Part shown: positions 42,798 to 52,643 of the stretch, piece by piece
Layout of the letters: the number at the start of each line of letters is the position of its first letter
Numbering within the stretch: position 1 is the first letter of the stretch
Assembly (NCBI GenBank): GCA_037143195.1
Contig: JBAWZD010000002.1
Coordinates: 3,206-67,205, forward strand
Direction: 5' to 3'
DNA length: 64,000 nt
Origin: a bacterium
GTDB lineage: Bacteria; Patescibacteriota; Minisyncoccia; Phycocordibacterales; UBA9973
Notes under the pieces: generated by a model
Database searches by the model: none
What the model was told of the DNA's origin: nothing
What the model saw: only the letters and a program-made list of their open reading frames with translations
Program-made: the position numbers and the translations under genes

Positions 42798-45620
42798 TTA
42801 GTGATAGAGGTATACTTCAAACTTTTCCTTCTCTTTTTTGGTTTTGCGAAGAAATGTCCGCTTTTTAGGCGTCTGCACTCCCTTTGCAGTAGTTTGGTTT
42901 GAAGACTGGCCGCGCTTCACGGTTCGATTTTTTGCTTTTGGAGTATTCTTTTTGAATTCACGAATCTCTGTTTTTTTACTCAGTGTCGCTATCTCGCGGG
43001 TTGGGCGAGTTGGATAATCACGAGTCCAAACGTTTTGTTGACGAGCTACACCTGTTGTGTGGTCTTCAACATAGCGGAGTTTTTCTGTTACGAGTTCTGT
43101 GTTTCGAACGAAGTCGATCATTGATTGGATTTCCTTCTTGATTGTTTCAGGTTGAGCATTTATCAACGCATAGTTTTGGCCACGGTTCAGGTCAAACTTC
43201 TGAACGGTTCCGTCGGGGTTGATTGTGGTATTAATTGAATAGTTTGTGTATTCTCTGCTACCATTTGATCCACAAACCAGAGCAAGCATATCTTTGTCCT
43301 TATTGCTGAGTGCTTCGTATTGGCTAATGTCAGCTCCATTGATACGAAGATTTTTTCCGTTACGCGTATCTTCGATCGAAACTTGGAAACGTCCAAACAG
43401 CGCCTCGTTTGCTCGAGAGCGTTTTTGCGGAGCAGCTGCGAGCATGTTGTTTCCCGCTACAAGGTATTCTGTTCCAGTGGTGTCATTCCACAACGTGATG
43501 GTGTATGGGTCGTGATTGTTTCCGAATCGACTATGCTCTACATATATCTCGAGTGCTGCAGGACAAGATTCGAGTGCCTCAACGATAGACAGGTCCATAC
43601 GTTCCCAAAGCATGTGATGAAATACGAGACCCGTGCGTGTAGTGATTGTTTCAGGATCCTTCATTTTAAATTCTCGACTACCGTTTCCCCACTGTGCTTC
43701 TGTAGGAGTTTCAATTGGAGTGAGGTTGTATCCTGGCGTAGCGTGCATTCTATTCCAGTTCCAGCCGTATGAAGTGTCTTCAATTGCTGCTGTTGTTGTC
43801 ACCGTATCAATCGAAATTTCTGGTTGACGGAATGCTGAGATTGATTGTTGTGGATAGCTGGTGATACCACTCGTCTCAATGATTGTGTCCATAGCAGGCA
43901 CCACGTTTGTTGAAAAAGTCGTGTCAGGTGTCGCTTCTATTCGTGTATTCTTTTTTACCTCTGGATCAACGGTTTGCTTTTTGGGCATTGGGGTATACAC
44001 AATCTTTTGTTCATTGCGGATAGCTGCCGTATCAAGCGACTCCCCGTTTTCATCCATGTAGGCAACCTTTATTTTCCCAGCACTTTCTTGCTTTTGTTTG
44101 GTAGATGATTCAGACGCTTTTGTATATGCAGGTGCACTATATACACCCATTGGCATTGGAGCGATTGCTGATGATTCCGGTCTATTCGGTGATTGATCTG
44201 GCGACACTGGTGCTGTCGGAAGTGGCGCATACTCAGGAGTAGTGCGCACTGTTTCGGTTTGAGTGATTGGTGTTGTGAAGATTGACTCGGTATCAATTTT
44301 TCGTTCGCCAAGCATTTCTTGTCGTGCAGAATCTCTGACTTCGCGAAGTGGCGCGAAGTCAATTTTTTTCATCGGGGATTGTGCTCGATTCGATGGCGAG
44401 ATGGTTGCTTGTGTCGCTTCTGCTGGAGTAGTGTGGGTCGTTTCAATCGAATGTTTTTGTTTGTAAACATGGTGATTTTTGTGCTCAGTATTTTTTGGGG
44501 TCACATTTTCTGCGATCACCGCATTCGATGACGGCGCGGCAGCTTCTGTTTTTGCCAAAGTAGTTTCTCTTGGTTGGCTCTGGTCAGCTGTTTTTATCGG
44601 AGTGCTTGTTGCTGCAAGTGTAAATAGTCCCGTCGTGACATACTTACGGAGCTTTCCTTTGATGCGGTCAAAGAAAGATTGTTTTGCTACTGAAAAATCT
44701 TTCTCGTCTTTTCCTTGCGTTGCTTCGATTGGGAGTGGCACGGTTTCAGGTTTTTCACCTTTGTCTTCGAGAAATTGTGCGAGTTTACCAAGGAGTTGAG
44801 GGTCGCGGTCTTCTGGTTTTAGTCGAGCGAAACTACTCAGGGCTTCAGCTTTTATTTTTTGAAGGGAGGGAAGAAGTTCTCGCGCGATTTCTGTTCCGCC
44901 AGAATTTTTAATAAAATGCTCAACTTCAAAATAGTGCTCGACTGCTCTTCCAAGTGCTACCGCGATTTGGGTTTTTTCTTTTTCGTACTGTTCTTGTTCT
45001 TTCTCCTTTTTACTTTTTATACCAAAAAGCTTTTTAAAAAAACCACGCTGGTCCTTTGACTGTTTGTACTCGGTGTCATTTTTTTGCTCGCTTGTCTGCG
45101 GTATTATCTCTCCTTCTTTTGGTTCTTCGGTTTGAATAGCGTCAAATTCAGCAGGTACGATAAGGTCTCGGATATGGTTTTCCTCGAGGCCGTATTTTTT
45201 TGCGATACCGCGTGCCCGATGTTCAAACTCGTAAAATTTATTTCGGCTCGCGGGTTCTCCGTACAGGGCATCAAGTTCATGGATTGATTTGAGTTCTCGG
45301 AGTTTATCGAGCTCGATCATCCCCTCCTTTTTGAGGTCCTCGGGTGTTTTTTCCTGCAATCGAGCAAAGACCTCGGCAGGTTTCTCGAGGTTGTTTTTCT
45401 CAGCAATTTCTATTATTTGATTTTCAATATGGGCAAGATTCGATTTTAGGTGCTCTCGGCCGTATGGGTCGGGATTGCGAAGTATGGCCAGTCGCGTGTT
45501 CTTGTACTGGTTTTCGAGGTATGACATTTCTGTCTGCGCTTGCTGTAGCGCTTTCTCTTCTTTGTTTGGTCGCTTTTGCTCGTTTGAACGAGGACCGCTA
45601 TCTCGATTAAGTGAATCCAT
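42798..45620 (-). CDS. large (940 aa) cytoplasmic low-complexity hypothetical protein, co-directional with pcrA
   Basis: There is no signal peptide. Coiled-coil and Lys/Glu-rich N-terminal regions are present. The central region is Thr/Pro-rich. The C-terminus is Lys-rich (KKRTFLRKTKKEKEKFEVYLYH). No confident domain was found. Confidence 0.45.
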   Translation of the reverse strand: MDSLNRDSGPRSNEQKRPNKEEKALQQAQTEMSYLENQYKNTRLAILRNPDPYGREHLKSNLAHIENQIIEIAEKNNLEKPAEVFARLQEKTPEDLKKEGMIELDKLRELKSIHELDALYGEPASRNKFYEFEHRARGIAKKYGLEENHIRDLIVPAEFDAIQTEEPKEGEIIPQTSEQKNDTEYKQSKDQRGFFKKLFGIKSKKEKEQEQYEKEKTQIAVALGRAVEHYFEVEHFIKNSGGTEIARELLPSLQKIKAEALSSFARLKPEDRDPQLLGKLAQFLEDKGEKPETVPLPIEATQGKDEKDFSVAKQSFFDRIKGKLRKYVTTGLFTLAATSTPIKTADQSQPRETTLAKTEAAAPSSNAVIAENVTPKNTEHKNHHVYKQKHSIETTHTTPAEATQATISPSNRAQSPMKKIDFAPLREVRDSARQEMLGERKIDTESIFTTPITQTETVRTTPEYAPLPTAPVSPDQSPNRPESSAIAPMPMGVYSAPAYTKASESSTKQKQESAGKIKVAYMDENGESLDTAAIRNEQKIVYTPMPKKQTVDPEVKKNTRIEATPDTTFSTNVVPAMDTIIETSGITSYPQQSISAFRQPEISIDTVTTTAAIEDTSYGWNWNRMHATPGYNLTPIETPTEAQWGNGSREFKMKDPETITTRTGLVFHHMLWERMDLSIVEALESCPAALEIYVEHSRFGNNHDPYTITLWNDTTGTEYLVAGNNMLAAAPQKRSRANEALFGRFQVSIEDTRNGKNLRINGADISQYEALSNKDKDMLALVCGSNGSREYTNYSINTTINPDGTVQKFDLNRGQNYALINAQPETIKKEIQSMIDFVRNTELVTEKLRYVEDHTTGVARQQNVWTRDYPTRPTREIATLSKKTEIREFKKNTPKAKNRTVKRGQSSNQTTAKGVQTPKKRTFLRKTKKEKEKFEVYLYH

Positions 45621-45967
45621 GGGTATAGTATTTATTTGAACACAAAGATATACAAAGTGTCAATAGTATGCTCTTTTATAAAAAGCGTGTTGACTCCTCT
45701 TCCCCCTATGTTAGCATTTTAGAGCAACGTACTATATATAGTATAGTACGCTCGCTTCCGAAAGGCTATTGTTCATAAACCCTTATTTCATAAGGAAATA
45801 TGAACCTCCCGAATGATTGTAACGGCGTTCTCAGTCTTGTGGTTAACCAACTCGGCTAGCTCAAGATTAGAGGCCCACTCGTAAAAGCTATTACACACAA
45901 CCAAAAAGGATTTCTACCTTCTAAAATAAAGGTTTTAGAGGTAGAAGGACATAGTTTGTTCACGCGG

Positions 45968-47137
45968 ATGAGTATTCCGCTCGTCGTTGCAAGCTTCGTT
46001 GCAACAACGCTAGTACTCCCCCTCACGGCCTCTGCGAGTGTCTTTTCAGTGCTTGGGGCGCGATCGGTTCAAGCTGATACGGAGGGTATAGATTCGAATG
46101 TGCCGTTGAGCCCTCAATCTATGTCTGTCGTTAGCGCTTCGAATATCGGTCCGAATACTCTTTCGATGGGTAGTTCAAAGGCGGTTGATACGAGCACTTT
46201 GGTGAATGACAACGCTCTGACGCCTGATATGGGTCCTGTTGGTAACCCGAGTGACGTTGCCGATCTGCAGGATGCTGTGGGTTCAATTAGTTTTTATACC
46301 GTCCGAGCGGGCGACACGGCTAGCTCTGTTGCAACACTTTTTAATATTACAAAGGGTACGTTGCTCTCAGCCAATGGTCTGCAATCAGGTCAAGCATTGA
46401 AGCCAGGACAGGTTCTGGTCATTTTGCCGGTATCAGGGACCCAGTATCTCGTGAAGGCGGGAGATACGATTGCCGGAATCGTGAAAAAAAATAAAATCGA
46501 ACAGCAGGGTGATTTTCTCTTTTATAACAACCTTACGACAGATGCCGACCTTATTGCGGGCGATACGCTGATTATCCCCGATTCAAATTTTGACGGTACG
46601 GCTGATACTGTCGCGGTCAAAAAAACAACCAAGGTATCGACCAAGACAAAAGCTGGAACGGTTGACCTTCGAAACGATCCAAACGCTGCTCCGATCAATG
46701 TTCACCCAATTCATCTTTATTCAAAACCTGATCTTGGGAACGCAATTCATCGACCAGTTGCTGCTGCTTTGAGTACGATTTCTCAAATGGCACACGGATT
46801 TAATGGTGACGCAGTGGACATCGCGGCGCACGATGGAACACCAGTCATGGCCGCACTCGACGGAACAGTGCTTCTTGCTCGTGATGTTGGGTACAACGAC
46901 GGGTACGGCGAATATGTAATCATCATGTCGAATGTCGGCGGTTTTCCGGTTGAAACAATTTACGCGCACCAGCAACAATTGTATGTCCATGCTGGTATGC
47001 AGGTTTCGCAAGGTCAAATGATCGGACGAGTTGGACACAGTGGTCACGCGACAGGACCACACCTTCACTTTGAAGTACGTGGCGGATTAAATCCATGGAC
47101 GCTTGAAAAGAATCGTTACTCAGATATTCCACAATAA
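45968..47137 (+). CDS. secreted LysM-LysM-M23 peptidase (peptidoglycan endopeptidase)
   Basis: The signal peptide is MSIPLVVASFVATTLVLPLTASA. The two LysM motifs are YTVRAGDTASSVATLFNITKGTLLSANGL and YLVKAGDTIAGIVKKNKI. The M23 motifs are HDGTPVMAALDGTV and GHSGHATGPHLHFEV. Confidence 0.85.
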   Translation: MSIPLVVASFVATTLVLPLTASASVFSVLGARSVQADTEGIDSNVPLSPQSMSVVSASNIGPNTLSMGSSKAVDTSTLVNDNALTPDMGPVGNPSDVADLQDAVGSISFYTVRAGDTASSVATLFNITKGTLLSANGLQSGQALKPGQVLVILPVSGTQYLVKAGDTIAGIVKKNKIEQQGDFLFYNNLTTDADLIAGDTLIIPDSNFDGTADTVAVKKTTKVSTKTKAGTVDLRNDPNAAPINVHPIHLYSKPDLGNAIHRPVAAALSTISQMAHGFNGDAVDIAAHDGTPVMAALDGTVLLARDVGYNDGYGEYVIIMSNVGGFPVETIYAHQQQLYVHAGMQVSQGQMIGRVGHSGHATGPHLHFEVRGGLNPWTLEKNRYSDIPQ

Positions 47138-47144
47138 GTATTTG

Positions 47145-48695
47145 TTAGTCGAAGTGTGGACGATAGCTGATCGCTTCAAGAATATGTTTTGGCAAAATCA
47201 ATTCAGATTCATCAATATCTGCAATTGTTCTCGCGACGCGCATGACACGATGGTATGCGCGTATTGATAGCTGAAGACGGTCGGCACTTTCTTTGAGGAG
47301 TTGTTTTGAATCATCGGAAAGATTTGCGATGTTCATGATTTCTTTTCCGGAAAGAATCCCGTTTTCTTTTTCAATCATGTTGTGTGCCCGGGCGCGGGCG
47401 TACGCCCGCGCCCGGGCCTTTTTTATTTGTTCACAAAGTAGTTTTGATTCACCACGTACGGGAGTATTGTGCAACTGATCGTATTCAATGTGTCCAACAA
47501 AAAGCGCGATATCGATTCGATCCAAAATCGGACCTGATAATTTTCGTTTATATTTTTGCAAATCATTTGCCGTGCATGTGCATGTTTTTATTTTTGAACC
47601 TTTCCATCCGCACGGACATGGATTCATCGCGCCAACAAAAATAAATTCTGCGGGGAATACAGCAGTTCCTTTTTGTCGTGAAATAGTCACCGAATGTTCT
47701 TCGAGTGGTTGGCGCAAACCTTCAATCACACGTCGATCGATTTCAGGAAATTCGTCCAAAAATAAAACGCCTTTGTGTGCGAGCGTTATTTCTCCGGGCT
47801 TCAAATGTGGTCCTCCACCAATAATTGATACGTATGACGATGTGTGATGTGGCGCACGAAATGGCGGGTGCGTTATGAATTTTGTTTTCATTGAAGTGCT
47901 TGCAATTGATTGTATCTGAGTAACGGTGAGTGCTTCGTCGTGTGAAAGCGGCGGGAGAATTCCTGCGAGTGCTCGCGCGAGCATCGTCTTTCCTGTTCCG
48001 GGTGGTCCGTGAAGTATGACGGCGTGTTTGCCGACCGCTGCAATGTGAAGTCCTCGCTTGGCACTTTCTTGTCCAACGATTTCGTCGAAACTCAGTTGAC
48101 TATTTTCTCTGTCGGGACTCAATTGGCGTGCATGGATTCTTTTAATTTTTGTATCTTCACAATGTTCGAAGTCGATATCATTCCTAAAGTGGCTAACAAG
48201 CTGTCGTAGTGTCGCGACCGGATAGATTGAAATTGATGCAACCATACTTACCTCCTCTGCGTTTTCAGTCGGCACAAACAATGATTGAAATTCTAATTGA
48301 GCAGCATGTATCGCGATCGGAAGTGCTCCTCGGACTGGTCGGACTGATCCATCTAATCCAAGTTCACCAAGAAAAAGTGAGGTGCTGAGATCTGTCGTTA
48401 TGATGCCTTCAGTGACAAGAAAACCAATGGCAATCGACAGGTCGAAATGAGCGCCTTCTTTTTTGTGGTCGGCGGGTGAAAGCGACACGACCGTTTTTTG
48501 ATTCTTTGTTTTGGGAGATTCGAAACATGCGTTTTTGAGTGCTGAGCTCACGCGGTCACGTGCCTCTTCGACTGATCGGTCGCCAAGCCCAACGATGGCA
48601 AAGTTGTTGAGACCTTTAGATGTGTCGACTTCGACCGTTACAATCTGTCCTTGAAGAAGCTCCGTTTGTGCTGAATATACTCGTGCAAAAGCCAT
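47145..48695 (-). CDS. comM: Mg-chelatase-like AAA+ protein YifB/ComM (competence-associated helicase)
   Basis: There is an N-terminal Lon-like domain. Walker A is ILHGPPGTGKTMLARALAGILPPLS. The HTSSYVSIIGGG motif and the C-terminal Mg_chelatase-C region (SIRAYHRVMRVARTIADID) are present. Confidence 0.9.
   Translation of the reverse strand: MAFARVYSAQTELLQGQIVTVEVDTSKGLNNFAIVGLGDRSVEEARDRVSSALKNACFESPKTKNQKTVVSLSPADHKKEGAHFDLSIAIGFLVTEGIITTDLSTSLFLGELGLDGSVRPVRGALPIAIHAAQLEFQSLFVPTENAEEVSMVASISIYPVATLRQLVSHFRNDIDFEHCEDTKIKRIHARQLSPDRENSQLSFDEIVGQESAKRGLHIAAVGKHAVILHGPPGTGKTMLARALAGILPPLSHDEALTVTQIQSIASTSMKTKFITHPPFRAPHHTSSYVSIIGGGPHLKPGEITLAHKGVLFLDEFPEIDRRVIEGLRQPLEEHSVTISRQKGTAVFPAEFIFVGAMNPCPCGWKGSKIKTCTCTANDLQKYKRKLSGPILDRIDIALFVGHIEYDQLHNTPVRGESKLLCEQIKKARARAYARARAHNMIEKENGILSGKEIMNIANLSDDSKQLLKESADRLQLSIRAYHRVMRVARTIADIDESELILPKHILEAISYRPHFD
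47386..47417. repeat. perfect 32-bp GC-rich palindrome inside comM coding sequence
   Basis: gcccgggcgcgggcgtacgcccgcgcccgggc equals its own reverse complement. It encodes ARARAYARARA in frame. It is strongly GC-rich relative to its surroundings. Confidence 0.8.
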
Positions 48696-48828
48696 ACCAG
48701 AATAGTTTCACACAACGCAAGTCAAGAAAAAGTAAAGAAAAGTTAAACGAAATCTAAACTAGTTATGAAACTTTTCTAAACTCTGATTCAGTGGTTGTCC
48801 CCACTCGGTGGCATGCTATAGTATTGTC

Positions 48829-49173
48829 ATGAATACAGACTACAAAGCAAAATTACTTGAAGAACAGAAGACACTGGTCGCAGAATTGTCTCGCCTTGGA
48901 AAGAAGGACGGAGCGATGTGGGAAGCGACGGCACAAGGTGGAAGTGAGATTGAAGCCGATCCAAATACATCGGCGAGTCGGTTTGAGGAGTTCGAAGAAA
49001 ACAGTGCAGTCATTGTCCCCCTTGAAGAACGTTTGAAGCAGGTCGTTGCTGCGCTTTCAAAAGTTGAGACTGGAAAATATGGCAAATGTCGTGTGTGTAA
49101 CAATCCGATCGAAGAAGAGCGTCTTGCTGTGAACCCTGCGGCTGAGACTTGTATGACTCATATCGAGAATTAA
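48829..49173 (+). CDS. DksA/TraR-family C4-type zinc-finger-like protein
   Basis: There is a coiled-coil N-terminal half. The C-terminus is GKCRVCNNPIEEERLAVNPAAETCMTHIE, where only 3 Cys are evident. The listed ORF starts at a GTG at 48808; the ATG is at 48829. Confidence 0.45.
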   Translation: MNTDYKAKLLEEQKTLVAELSRLGKKDGAMWEATAQGGSEIEADPNTSASRFEEFEENSAVIVPLEERLKQVVAALSKVETGKYGKCRVCNNPIEEERLAVNPAAETCMTHIEN

Positions 49174-49180
49174 GTTCCAT

Positions 49181-49222
49181 GAAACAGAAAAACCCCCGAG
49201 AAATCGGGGGTTTTTCTGTTTC
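49181..49222. terminator. long stem-loop terminator between convergent genes
   Basis: gaaacagaaaaacccccg-agaaat-cgggggtttttctgtttc is an 18-bp stem. Confidence 0.55.
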
Positions 49223-49235
49223 ATGATGATTTCGT

Positions 49236-50135
49236 TTAGTGGAAACGGCTGACTACTTCAGTCATGATTGTTGTGTCTTTTGCGAAAAGGACAGTATTGG
49301 TATCAAGGAATGTGTAGTAAAAGAGGGGCTTTTGGTTTACATCAAGGACAGCTCGCGCTTCCCTGTTTTCGATTAATGTATCTTGGAACGGGAGACTTTC
49401 GAGTTGAGCTGTGGTAAACGTACTTTGGTCGAGGGCGAACAGTGCTTTCATGTCATTAAACAAGTATGGTTCCCATGACAGCATACCCGAAAGAAGGTAA
49501 TCATGAGCTGTTCCATGGATGACGAGAAACAGACTTCCGTGGTCTGAAAAAACACTTCCCACCATGTAGTCAGGAAGGAGTGATTGGAGAAAGCTTGTTG
49601 GGGCATGAGTTCCAATCAGAGAGAGAAAAGCACTTGCCGGTACTCGAGTATTTGGGTTTGCTGTCCCGTCGTTTGAGAGAATAATATTGTCTACTTGCCC
49701 CGATTGAATTTTGGGGTTAACTGCGATGTGCTGTATTTTCGCAACGACATCCTGAGTTTGAATCCCTGAAACTGAAATGATATCAGCATTCTCGCTTGTG
49801 ATGAGTGACGAGGGTATTGTTGGTTGTGTTACCGTTGGAGCGACGATGGCAGCTTTCTTGTTTGAGTAAATGAGGGAAAAAAGAATTATCGCGCTAATTA
49901 CAACTATGAATCCCCCGACTACAAATAGCATATTTGAGCGTGAACGTATCGACATGTCTTCGACTTCTTGTTTGTGTTTTTCTTCTTCTTCGATCGCAAC
50001 TCGAACAACTGATCCTCCGTGTTCACGTACGGCTTCTGCGAGGTCTGAACTGAATGTTCGGATTGGTGCTATATGGCCATTGTGAGAGGACGTGTAATTT
50101 TCATCCATGATTGGTTTTTTTTCGGTCGGTTCCAT
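49236..50135 (-). CDS. hypothetical single-pass membrane protein
   Basis: A cytoplasmic acidic N-terminus (EEEEKHKQEVED) is followed by the TM helix MLFVVGGFIVVISAIILFSLIY and an extracytoplasmic beta-rich domain. The start is uncertain: GTG at 50162, ATG at 50135 or at 50108. Confidence 0.4.
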   Translation of the reverse strand: MEPTEKKPIMDENYTSSHNGHIAPIRTFSSDLAEAVREHGGSVVRVAIEEEEKHKQEVEDMSIRSRSNMLFVVGGFIVVISAIILFSLIYSNKKAAIVAPTVTQPTIPSSLITSENADIISVSGIQTQDVVAKIQHIAVNPKIQSGQVDNIILSNDGTANPNTRVPASAFLSLIGTHAPTSFLQSLLPDYMVGSVFSDHGSLFLVIHGTAHDYLLSGMLSWEPYLFNDMKALFALDQSTFTTAQLESLPFQDTLIENREARAVLDVNQKPLFYYTFLDTNTVLFAKDTTIMTEVVSRFH

Positions 50136-50171
50136 ATGTGACAATAATAGCACGGCGAGCACTGAGACGAA

Positions 50172-50206
50172 AAAAGCCCGCGCCGTTGGCGCGGGCTTTT
50201 TAGCGT
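50172..50206 (-). terminator. rho-independent terminator of pnp
   Basis: aaaagcccgcgcc-gttg-gcgcgggctttt; on the minus strand it is followed by uuuuuucgu. Confidence 0.65.
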
Positions 50207-52360
50207 TTACACTTTTGGAACCTCAACAGGCTTCGGAAAGAAATCAGGTTTGATTGCCTTGATCGAAAGTGAGATACGTCCACGCTCAGCATCGACGGCG
50301 ACAACTTTGACTGGAACTTTCATTCCCTCTTTTACAAGATCAGTAACTTTGTTTACGCGCCACGGAGCAAGTTCTGAAATATGAACGAGTCCGTCAGTCG
50401 TTGAACTTATTTTCACAATCGCACCAACTTCAATTATTTTTACAACTTCACCTTCCATCGTTTCTCCAACTTTATATTCGTGGGTCATTTCCTGAACGAT
50501 GACGAGGGCTTTGTCGGCTGCTCCATTTTTTCCGGTGACATACACAGTTCCGTCATCTTCGATTGTAATTTCTGCGCCCGTTTTTTCGCGAATAGCGTTG
50601 ATTGTTTTTCCGCCACTTCCAATCACTCCACCAATTTGGTCGGGACGAATTTTTGTAACCAAAATTTTTGGAGCACTTGGGGAGATGTCACTTCTTGGAG
50701 CACTAATTTCTTTTTCAATAACATCAAGAATTTCGAGTCGTGCTTTGCGAGCTTGGGTCATCGCTTCTTTCAAAGCTTGTACTGGTACTCCACCAACTTT
50801 GATATCGAGTTGAATCGCAGTGATGCCTTCGCGAGTTCCCGCAACTTTGAAATCCATATCACCGTAGTGATCTTCTGGTCCTTGAATGTCAGTCAAGATT
50901 TTGTACTCACTCTGATTTCCTACATTTAAAATGAGACCCATCGCGATTCCGGCAACCGGTCGAAGAATCGGTACTCCACCATCCATAAGTGCAAGTGATG
51001 ATGCACAGATAGATGCTTGTGATGTTGATCCATTTGAAGCCATTGATTCAGACACGATGCGAATCGTGTACGGGAATGTCATCTTGTCGGGAATGATTGG
51101 TACGAGCGCTTTCTCAGCAAGAAATCCGTGCCCCATTTCACGACGATTGATTCCGCCGACACGGCCAGTCTCTCCTGCAGAATATGGTGGAAAATTGTAG
51201 TGATGCGTGAAGCGCTTCGTTCCGCGAATCTCCATGCCTTCGATGACCGTTGCGTCTTCTGGTCCACCAAGTGTGAGTACAGAGAGCACGTGTGTTTCTC
51301 CGCGGTAGAAAATTCCCGTGCCGTGAAGAACGGTTGAGAAATTACCTGCTTGTGCAAAGAGTGGACGGACTTGGTCGAAGGCACGTCCATCAGCGCGACG
51401 GTTTTCTTTGAGCGCCTTCTCATGTACGAGATCGTCGAGTGCTGATTCGAGATAATCCTTCGCCATTGAAATCGTCTCTTCGTTTTCAGCAAATTTTTCT
51501 GCAATGAGTGCGTTCCACTCGTCTTCAAGTTCGTGAAATCGCGCCTTCCCCATTTCAGGCTTGTCTCCTGCATTCAAAAAAATGGCATCTGTTTTTTTGC
51601 CAACAGTCTCGTTGAAAAGCGCGATGACTTCAGCTGGCATTGCGGGCGCAGGCATATTCATTTTTTGTTTGCCAATCTCTGAAACGATACTTTTCTGCCA
51701 TGCTTCGAGCGTCGCGATTGCAGGCATTGCCATATCGAGTGCTCCGCCCATTTTGGCTTCGTCGTATTCATACGACATTGCTTCGATCATCACGACGTTG
51801 CCATCTTTGCCACACACAGTGAGATCAAGTTCGTAATTCGACTCACCCGTGTTTGGAATGTATTGATCAAGACCAATCGATCCACCAGTTTTGTTGCGAC
51901 CAACGTGCACTGCACCAACGGGGCCACCCCATGGAATATCAGATGTGGCGAGTGCGAGCGAGGCAGCGTTGACTCCAAGTACCCCTGGGTCAGCTTGTCC
52001 GACGGCGAGTACGGTCACGATGACTTGCACAGCATTTTTGATGTGATGTGCGAAGAGTGGACGAATCGTGCGGTCGATAATACGCGCGGAGAGGATAGCC
52101 TCATCACTTGGGCGACCTTCGCGTTTGTTGTACTGACCTCCAAGAATGAGACCTGAGGCATAAAACTTCTCCATGTACTCGACAGTGAGATTGAAGAACC
52201 CACGATTGTCTTTCCCGTCTTTTGAAATACACGCAGTGGCAAGAACGATTGTTCCATCACATTTCAAAATGACGGATCCATTGGCCTGATCGACGAGGTC
52301 TGAAAAAACAGCGGTAATAGTTTTACCACCGACGACGACTGAATATTCTTTCGAATGCAT
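50207..52360 (-). CDS. pnp: polynucleotide phosphorylase
   Basis: Two RNase PH domains are present (GPEDHYGDMDFKVAGT), followed by KH and S1 (GEVVKIIEVGAIVKI...GLVHISEL). The protein is 717 aa. Confidence 0.95.
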   Translation of the reverse strand: MHSKEYSVVVGGKTITAVFSDLVDQANGSVILKCDGTIVLATACISKDGKDNRGFFNLTVEYMEKFYASGLILGGQYNKREGRPSDEAILSARIIDRTIRPLFAHHIKNAVQVIVTVLAVGQADPGVLGVNAASLALATSDIPWGGPVGAVHVGRNKTGGSIGLDQYIPNTGESNYELDLTVCGKDGNVVMIEAMSYEYDEAKMGGALDMAMPAIATLEAWQKSIVSEIGKQKMNMPAPAMPAEVIALFNETVGKKTDAIFLNAGDKPEMGKARFHELEDEWNALIAEKFAENEETISMAKDYLESALDDLVHEKALKENRRADGRAFDQVRPLFAQAGNFSTVLHGTGIFYRGETHVLSVLTLGGPEDATVIEGMEIRGTKRFTHHYNFPPYSAGETGRVGGINRREMGHGFLAEKALVPIIPDKMTFPYTIRIVSESMASNGSTSQASICASSLALMDGGVPILRPVAGIAMGLILNVGNQSEYKILTDIQGPEDHYGDMDFKVAGTREGITAIQLDIKVGGVPVQALKEAMTQARKARLEILDVIEKEISAPRSDISPSAPKILVTKIRPDQIGGVIGSGGKTINAIREKTGAEITIEDDGTVYVTGKNGAADKALVIVQEMTHEYKVGETMEGEVVKIIEVGAIVKISSTTDGLVHISELAPWRVNKVTDLVKEGMKVPVKVVAVDAERGRISLSIKAIKPDFFPKPVEVPKV

Positions 52361-52503
52361 ACTATATATAGGTGCCAGTACCGAGACCGTAAAATTGCCA
52401 ATTATGCATGCAATTCTATACGTCTCGGGGCTCGCAATTAATGATTAATACTCCAAATGCGATTCTACTCTTTTGTGGCAAAAAGAAAAGTCCGTTTGTG
52501 TGC

Positions 52504-52629
52504 GGAAGGAACCCTCCTTTTTGCAGTCGAGGACTGACCGAGCGAGCGGTTCGGGAGCGTAGTGCATACACCACAAAAATCAATTACGCGAGCAAGATTT
52601 CGCAGACAAGAAAAGGAGGCGTTACTTCC
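52504..52629. repeat. structured element copy A: ~88-nt conserved core closed by an 18-bp stem; homologous to, and inverted relative to, 53593..53750
   Basis: The core gcagtcgaggactgaccgagcgagcggttcgggagcgtagtgcatacaccacaaaaatcaattacgcgagcaagatttcgcagacaag (52523-52610) is about 90 percent identical to the reverse complement of 53629-53715. The closing arms are ggaaggaaccctcctttt and aaaaggaggcgttacttcc. The flanks also show weaker homology to copy B. Confidence 0.6.
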
Positions 52630-52643
52630 GTACACAGGGTTAC

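Noticed and set aside
47386-47417. 32-bp palindrome as an inserted MITE/REP element disrupting comM
   Set aside because: It is in frame and encodes an Arg/Ala-rich helix expected at this position in ComM/YifB proteins. It has no flanking target-site duplication. It is treated as a native but unusual coding palindrome.
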